Assembly: GCA_012295275.1 (NCBI GenBank) | Contig: CM022666.1 | Location: forward strand, 2,232,001-2,296,000 | DNA: 64,000 nt | From: Chrysomallon squamiferum | Lineage: Eukaryota; Animalia; Mollusca | Direction of reading: 5' to 3' | Shown here: positions 56,114 to 64,000 of the stretch, one piece after another | Numbering within the stretch: position 1 is the first letter of the stretch | Layout: each line of letters starts with the position of its first letter | Translations under genes and position numbers: made by a program | The notes under the pieces: model-generated | Database searches by the model: none | Seen by the model: the letters and a program-made list of their open reading frames with translations, nothing else | What the model was told of the DNA's origin: nothing

Positions 56114-59100
56114 ATCCAAATACCTTTGACTTTGCTTCATTGACACTTTTCTGCAGGCCAAGGAGCTTTTCCTCCTTTTTCTCTTTTTCTTCCTGCATTC
56201 CTTTTGTTTCAGTTTTCAAACTCTCCATCACCTCTGCCAGCTTCTCATCTTCCTTCTGTTTGTTCTTTTCCAGCTGTTCCAGTTTCTTATTCAACTCAGC
56301 CACAGCCTTCTCACTTTCTGCCGGTACAGCCTTGAACTGCTCAATCTTTAAAAGTAAATAAATAAATAAATAAACAAATAAACATTACAATTATTTAAAG
56401 ATATTGCAATACTCCTCTCAGTAATTTTGACTGTCACAATATATATCTATCTATCTATATCTATATCTATATCTATCTATATTTCTATTTCTATTTCTAT
56501 ATATATATCTATATCTTTATATATAATAAATAAAAAATTATGTACAATGTAGAAAACATTTTTAAAAAATCAAATGTTTTTGGTAAAAATAAGGCAATGT
56601 TTCATTTATGAGAAAAATTTTCACTTTAATAAGAATATTACTTTTAATATTTTATTATTCTTTTTATTAGTTATTATTACACACCATTTTAATCTATTAA
56701 AAATAAAAATGTTTAGGTAACTAAAAAAAAAAATTAAATAAAATTAAAAAAAAGAGAAGATTTTACCCATAACATTATATCATATAAAAAAATCATATCT
56801 AATTCTAAAAAACAAAAACAAAAATTAAAAAAAAATATATAACAAAATAAACATTTTACCTTCTTTTTCTCTTGTTCCAGAGTTTTCTCCAGTTTTTTTA
56901 TTTTTAGTTTTGTGTGTTTGATGTCTTCTCGACACTTCACATCCTGTCGGTCAAATTCACTGAATTTCTCCTTCGACTCTTCGCACTGTTTCGAACATGC
57001 TTCATACTGTCTGAAATAATGATGTATGCAATAAAAAATAAACTCTCTGTGCCAATATAACTTTGTAGAAATGTCCATAGGTCAAAAAAAAAATAAAATT
57101 AAAAAAAATAATATTAAAATGTTTAATTATTAAAAGAAAAAAGGAAACATAAGTGTAAGTAAAGAAACAACAATTGATGTAAAAGAATAGTAAATTGTAT
57201 ACAAGCATGTAATTATTTTCCAGTATTTGTAATTATGTTTAACTGGTTTGCTGCAAAGAGCCACAATTGCAGTTTGAGTGGATTCTGCAGAAAGCTTGTT
57301 TCCAAAAATAAAAATAAAAACAATAAAATCTATGGAATTAAATATAAAATTATTTATTGATTTTCACGCAATAACAACAAAAGACAATTTAAAATTAATG
57401 ATTTTGCCAGTGTAGTTGAGTTTAAAACAACAAATACTCACACAGAACAGAACAAATTTTCTTTTTTGACAAAATATTGTTATAGCATATTAATCTAAAA
57501 AATTATTTTTCATTTCACTTTCTTCTGTAAAATTCTATAACTGTCAAACTTAGGAAGATTATATTTACTTGTAAATGTTTTTGTTTTCTTTAGCTTTCTC
57601 CTTCTTGGCATCGTTAATGATTTTCATTTTCTCGTTTGCTTCCTTCATACTTTCATTAACTTTGTCAAACTCTGCTTTTGCCTTCTCTTCATTTTCCTTT
57701 CCCTCGGAACTAGAAAATTATTATTTTTTAAAAACACATTTTAAAATATTATATCAATGTCAATTTATCTTTGAATGAAACAATAAAGGTTTGAAAGAAA
57801 ATATCTGCTAACCCCACTATTTAATGGAACTCTTTTTGCCAGATATCGTAAAATCGTGACAAAATCTGGGAAATGTATAAAAATTCTCGAATCCACCAAA
57901 ATGTGGACTTGTCCAGGAGTTAGCAAAGCATCTGAAAGATCATCTCCATGAACATGCCAGTCTTTTATACTGGCAGCATGTGCATTCATGCTGTGCATGC
58001 TCTTACATTTATCTTAGAATTCTCTGGATTATCACTCAAACTGTTTTAAAACACATAGAACATCTAAAATTAAACATCCAGCTAAAGATAATTTTTGTTC
58101 TTTTTTGTAATTTGTTCAGATTTTCTTTTTTTTTTTCATTGATATAGAAACAAATCTTAAAAAAAAAAAAACAATAAAGTTATAAAAAAAAAAATAAAAA
58201 AAATTCTCACATGTATTTCTGATAAAGCTTGCTCTTCACTGTGGAAATTTCATTTTCTAAAATCAGGTATTGAACAGCTTCATTCTTCGGCCCTTCCAAA
58301 GCATCCTTCTCTTTTTCTACAGCTTTCACTCGATTCAGCTGAAAATATAATAAAATTACATACAGTTTAACTTCATAACGTTTTCTAGACAGATGATACA
58401 AAATACATTTATGAATTACTGTACTGAAATGATGTTCTCCAAATATGTGGATCTGAAAAAATATTACAAATTCCTTGTTACTAATTTCATAAACAGTTCA
58501 TTCCCAAAACCACTGCAGTTGCAGTGACACACATTATTTCAATAGAAAATTGCATTTAGTCCTGCAAAGTAAATTTAATATAATGCAGTGCCGGAAATAA
58601 ATCCATTTTAAAAATATACTGGAAAATTGGGGAATTTTTATTTTTTCAGAGATTTTTTTTTAAACCATATTTTCTTATTAACTGCATAACAATGACCAGG
58701 CAACATCTAAATGACAGCAGGGAAGGAAATTTCCTACACTCTTACAAAAAAAAAAAACTCTCTTAACGGTTATCATAAAAGGATCAGTGTGATGAGGTAG
58801 GTGGTTAAATTATGACCTTTCACAGGACAGAAGAGTCCATGACAAACAAGTTATGACCTGCAGCAGAATTTGCTGGCTTTTTTTATCCATATTACCTCAG
58901 GCAATATTTTAAAAATAAATTAATCCGATCCTGTTTTTTTTTTCCCCCAGTAATTTTAGCTTAAACTTCTACCACAATAAAGCAACATGATTTTTTATTA
59001 AAGTTAAAATAACAATAATGATAACATATATCAATGTTAATTCACTTATTAATGAACAAGTAATGATAAAATTACTGGTATGTGGGTAATTCAGAATAAA

Positions 59101-61639
59101 CAAATTTACTTATTTGTGAATAACTAATGATAACGATACTAATATATGGGTAACTCTAAATAAACCAATTCACTCCATGGATGTAAATTTACCCCAGACT
59201 TATGGACTATGGTACAAAGTACCCAAACAAAGAACTGAAGAGAAACGATCCTGTAATCCTTTAGCTCTGAGATATTTAATCATTAACTGAGATGCAGCCT
59301 AATAACAAAACAAAATACCTTTTCCACTCGAAACTCACTCAGAGTTTCAACTCGTTTTCCAAGAATATCAATTGGTTCTTTAAACCTGTTACTGCCAATA
59401 ATATCCTCAAGAAATTCAAGCATTCCGTCTTCATGTTCTGTCAAAGCTTTTGGCTTCATCATGGCAATTTGTTCAACTTCGCCCTATAAGTACAAATAAA
59501 ATAAGGTAAAAAAAATGCTAATTTTTTTTTTAATATCAGTAACTGGACAGAGTTTATTAAATCCTACATGAAAAAAAATATAATAAATAGTGAATGAGTT
59601 CATTATAGAAGGATGTAAAACCGTATCAGTTTCATTACATAGGAATTTATATTACACTGGGTACAAAAAATTTTGTTAATTATTTTCTAAGTTTATATAT
59701 AACCAGTAGAAAATAAAAATAAGAAATATTTGAAAAAATATATAATTTAAATTGTCTTTCATTTTGATAGGAATGTTGTAAATGTACTGTTAACTATAAA
59801 ATAATTCATTAATTATTACACTTTAAGGCAAAAAAATAAATATAAAATAAATGTCAAAGACTAATTTCTGGTATTAATACAAACTACACATTTTTTTAAA
59901 AATTATTATTTTTTTTTTACCTGTAAAATGAGGAATCTGTTATGATCGAGATCAATGCCAAATCCTCTAAGCAGTTTTGCAACTTCTTTGTATGAGCTTT
60001 TTTTCCCATCGATACAGTAATGAGAAGAATTGTCCTTATAAGCCTGTGTGATACAACAATTTTTGAATTTGGTACAATTGTAAATTCATCATCTCCAGGC
60101 TGGAATAAATAAAAATAAACAAAAATTATTCTTTTGCTTATAAATAATAAATTAAGAAAATCATTTATTTATTTTCAGATCAGGGGATAAAACCAGCCTC
60201 TTCATCTATTAAATTTAGTAGATTTTTTTTTTAATTTTTTAAAATTATCATTCTCTATTATTATAAATTTGAATTAATTTGTCGTACTATTTCATTATTT
60301 ATCATAATTTTGTGATACTTCTGACAATTTAATTTGGGTTGTTGCTGGTTTTTTTTTCTAAATATAAAATTAACAAAATGTTGTAGGATAGATAAAAAAA
60401 AAAATTTTAAACAAAAAAAGATGGTAGATAAATTTAAGAAATTTGAAATAAATACTAACCCCTGTATCTACAATCATCTGGAAATGAACAGCAACAGAAC
60501 AGAAGGAAATATCTTTGTGGTTTTGGCTGTTGTGAATTAAAACACCGATTTTTGTGGATCTGATTTTTTTGGCTCGATAACCAAACACGAACAACATGGA
60601 GTCTATAACATTTGATTTTCCACTTCCATTTGCTCCAATAATGGATGTAAAACTCTGTAAAATGAAATAAAAAATTAAAAGAAGAAGAAGATGTATATAT
60701 AATAATAAAAATTTTAAAAATGATAATAAAATTTAATAAAATAAAAGAAATAAAAATATATATAAAATTATAATAATACATTTTATTTTCATTTTAAAAT
60801 AAAATAAATAAAATAAAATAAAAATAAATAAAATTTAAAATAAAAATATAATAAATAAATAAATAAAAATTAATACATTAAAAATTGTTGGGGCCCAAAA
60901 ACTGAAAAACATCAGAATATTGTTTGGTTCTATCAGAAATAACTTTAATAAACGTGGTTAAATGTTACCTTATGAAAAGGTCCAAGAGTCTGCACACCAG
61001 CATAAGACTTGAAGTTTTCATTAACAATATGCGAAATCATTAGACGAGGTCCATTGATATCATAGGTTGCCACAGATTCAGGAGCTGGGGGTATTTCAAT
61101 CTCCCCATAGTCTGAAAATATTTATTCAAATGTGCAGTCTGAAAATATTTATTAAAATGTACAGTCTGAAAAATGTATTATAATGTACAGTCTGAACATA
61201 TTTATTATAATGTGCATAGTCTGTGAAACATCCTGTGTTAAATGTGTTACGTAACATTATCAAATGATTAAATGTATAAATGTACCAAACATATAACTTA
61301 AACAGTTATGAATTTAGTTCATCTTCATTTTTTTTCTTAGAGTTGGTCTAAGCAAATATGTGTGGTTTTCCCTCTCAGTATAGCACAGAAACCTTCACAT
61401 TCAGTGACAATACATCAAAGCAGAATGACATGTAATGGTATCATAATATCACATTATCATCAGATTTTATTTTGATTTCTGTACACAACAGTATGTATAA
61501 AGTTAACATACTAAGAATCTTGAAATGTTAAATGTGAGTAGCTAAAACAAATAACAGTCAAACCTTCAACATTGAACGGTCTCCCAGCTGCTGGAATCGT
61601 AGGAATAGCATCCATGTCCTCTTCCTCACAGGAAGGCAT
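45346..61639 (-). CDS. SMC4: Structural maintenance of chromosomes protein 4 (condensin core subunit), ~1,260 aa, 25 coding exons
   Basis: Exons 61639-61564, 61111-60969, 60654-60460, 60099-59921, 59483-59319, 58338-58211, 57709-57569, 57010-56860, 56345-56124, 55837-55716, 55302-55194, 54710-54579, 53811-53609, 53112-52928, 52233-52121, 51664-51542, 51172-51046, 50637-50586, 50075-49938, 49365-49221, 48844-48672, 48192-48013, 47263-47031, 46242-46059, 45510-45346. Motifs: [18 protein letters not shown], Walker [39 protein letters not shown], hinge [22 protein letters not shown], signature [13 protein letters not shown], Walker B/D-loop [24 protein letters not shown]. Two 1-nt deletions. Confidence 0.97.
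48193..48671 (-). other. GC-AG intron in SMC4
   Basis: Exon ends ...TAT TGG AAA AGA GAG then GCAAGA. The next exon starts in phase 0 (LNNLKMH) after ttttcag, and no suitable GT donor is nearby. Confidence 0.75.
61109..61225. repeat. ~27-bp tandem repeat (about 4.5 units) containing the acceptor of SMC4 coding exon 2
   Basis: agtctg units start at 61109, 61136, 61163, 61189 and 61218. Confidence 0.85.
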
Positions 61640-62603
61640 TTTGCTGTTTTATAATAAGTATAAAATTAAAATAAGACATTTTATTTGACAACACTTTTAT
61701 AAAATGTTAACCTTACTTTTTAGAACTTTTTTTTTTTTTTTTAATACTGTGTGTGTGTGTGTGTGTGTGTGTTTTATTATGATTATTAGTCCAAATCTTT
61801 GACAACAACTTGTATTATAAATTTTATTCCCAACAAATAAGAATTCTGGATATACTGAATTTCTTTATTATTTTATAATATTAATAGTAATAATTTTTTT
61901 TTTAAATTACAGGAATAAATAAATAATAGTAGAAATAATAATAATGACAACAATAATATAATTTTCATTTTTCAAAAAACAACAATACATTAAAGTCACA
62001 ACTAGTGCACCTAAACTGGAGGCAGCAAACAGGAAAGAGTTCAAGTGGTGATGGTAAACATTTATTATTATTTTGACGTCACTGTCAGAGGTGTATGGAC
62101 AACACATCTTAAAATTTAAATAACAAAAAAGGTATGTGATCAGTTCACTTCCACACTAATCAAGAATTTGAAGGAAGATTTAAAACCAAAACTGAAAAAA
62201 CTGAAAATAAATGTCCGTTTTCTAAAAGGATTTTTTTTTTTATTTGTTGTTTTGTTATTGTAACTGTTTCGTTTTGTTCTGTTCTGTTAAAAGCAAATAA
62301 CAATAAATCATTGATTGTACGCATTAAATAACGAAAAGACCGTATTATAATTTGTTGAATATAATTTCTAAACTTTAATTACTAAGTTATAGTATAACTT
62401 AGTACATTTAATGATACAGAAACTGAGAAATGAGAAATACGCTAATTGAACAATCGATCCACGATTTGTACAACTAGCAATGCCAATTGTATTTACTAAG
62501 TTGGGATATTTAGTAATTTATTCTGCTAACATTAACATTTCTTACTCTGTAGCTGTAATTAATCGAGAAAAAACAACAACAAAACTTTATAGATTTTACT
62601 TAC

Positions 62604-62690
62604 CTTTCAATTCTTAAATCTGGCGCTCAAATTTTAAACTGGTAACTGTGAAAGTATTTCGAAGTACAATATAACCAGTCTACTTCCGAA
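62604..62690 (-). promoter_or_regulatory. SMC4 non-coding first exon and cell-cycle-type promoter
   Basis: Consensus donor AAG/GTAAGT at 62604/62603, an E2F-like TGGCGCTCAAA next to CHR-like TTTAAA (62621-62638), and ETS ACTTCCG (62682-62688). The coding-exon acceptor at 61644-61645 lies 4 nt before the ATG. Confidence 0.55.
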
Positions 62691-63472
62691 AAGGGGTCAT
62701 TCTCAAATACATTTTTTATTACAGTGACATTTAAGGAATATTTATTGCATATCTATTACATTACATTTTAAATAACACAGCAGTTTATTTTAAATTGTTG
62801 TTTAATTTGATGTTTGCCAGTTATTTAATATCCTCAAAATATAAATAATAGTTTTAATCAGCATTAACAGTTCAATCTTTCACAGTGATAAACGCAGATT
62901 AGCAAGTCATATTAAAAACGTTAGAGCTTAAGTAATTTTAGTTATATTTATTTTATTTTATTCTTTTAATTCTTATTTTATTATTAGAACTTTTTTTGTT
63001 GTTGTTTTTATATGAACGATACAGATTGGAAATTATATTCATATATTAAATCTTCAATAATTTGCTCTATTCGACGATCAGAATAAAGAAAAGACAAGTG
63101 ATAAACAGTCTAATTTCTGGATTTCTGTTTTGTTTTTGTTTTTTTTTCTGTTTTATATAAAATAAATATTTATTTATTTATTTATTTTAATGTTCTGCTA
63201 AATGTCATCCAACTGCCACAAAACTATTGTTCACAGCATTATTTATTGAGTGAATTTTCTTAATTTCTTCCATAAAAGATTAATTGCATAACTTGAACAA
63301 GTGTTATAAAACAATTATTCTTATGGGCGTTGAAGGATTTCTGACAGAGAAGTCTTTAAAAGGATTTCATTTGCCTCTGGTTACGTCTATTTTAATGGAA
63401 GAAAATACGCCCATAATTGCATTCACGTTTTTAAATTAATGGCTGAATTAATTATTTAATGACATACAAACC

Positions 63473-63475
<3 letters not shown>

Positions 63476-63563
<88 letters not shown>
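63476..63563. repeat. Compound (CT)n(CA)n microsatellite
   Basis: Read directly. Confidence 0.97.
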
Positions 63564-63566
<3 letters not shown>

Positions 63567-64000
63567 TACATTATTTTTGCTGTTCAGTTATGTATATTCA
63601 CAGCATTTATTGCATATACAGTTATTAGGTATATCATCTATATGCAGGCTTTTTCGTTTCCACGTAAATTCATGCTGCATGTACTTAATTATTAGCATTA
63701 TCTCAGAGGCTACATAGACTGTGCATTATAAATTCAGATATTAATGGACACGTAAGTATTGAACTAACTGATAATGTATATTATTTATTTTTCTGAAAAT
63801 GTGGACTATTCGAAATGATCCGATCCGGTAGGCATGTAATAATTTATAAAGAGGTATCAGTTATCGAGAATTCAGCAACGCGTATGAATTCAATTAAATT
63901 TCCGAAGTTTTAAAAGTTTGTTTCTTTTTTCGTCAGTGATATTGTTTCAATAGACGTGCAATTGTTTTTTTGTCTTGTTGTTGTTGTTAGGCTTATTTTT

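Noticed and set aside
1-61639. Pseudogene or programmed-frameshift interpretation of the three genes
   Set aside because: The indels are isolated and often in homopolymers, with no nonsense codons, intact splice sites and no common slippery motif or downstream structure.

Overview
AT-rich, microsatellite-laden animal genomic DNA; a mollusc-like lophotrochozoan is my inference only. The window holds three intron-rich genes, which I reconstructed exon by exon. (1) The 5' ~2,590 codons of an axonemal dynein heavy chain, most like DNAH2 (minus strand, ATG 36271, 45 coding exons, running off the left edge inside AAA3). (2) A complete ASCC1 (plus strand, 38566-43032, 7 coding exons), head-to-head with the dynein gene. 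(3) A complete SMC4 (minus strand, 61639-45346, 25 coding exons), tail-to-tail with ASCC1. Most ORFs in the supplied track are translations of simple repeats. I see no new multi-gene system. The most unusual signal is recurrent tandem duplication of exon-intron junctions: nine decoy 35-nt pseudo-exons before one dynein exon, in-frame duplicated donors, and duplicated acceptors. Other points are a clear U12-type intron, a GC-AG intron, a 25-bp minisatellite that mimics an antisense 3' splice site, candidate structured intronic RNAs in SMC4, and seven single-base coding indels that are most likely assembly errors.
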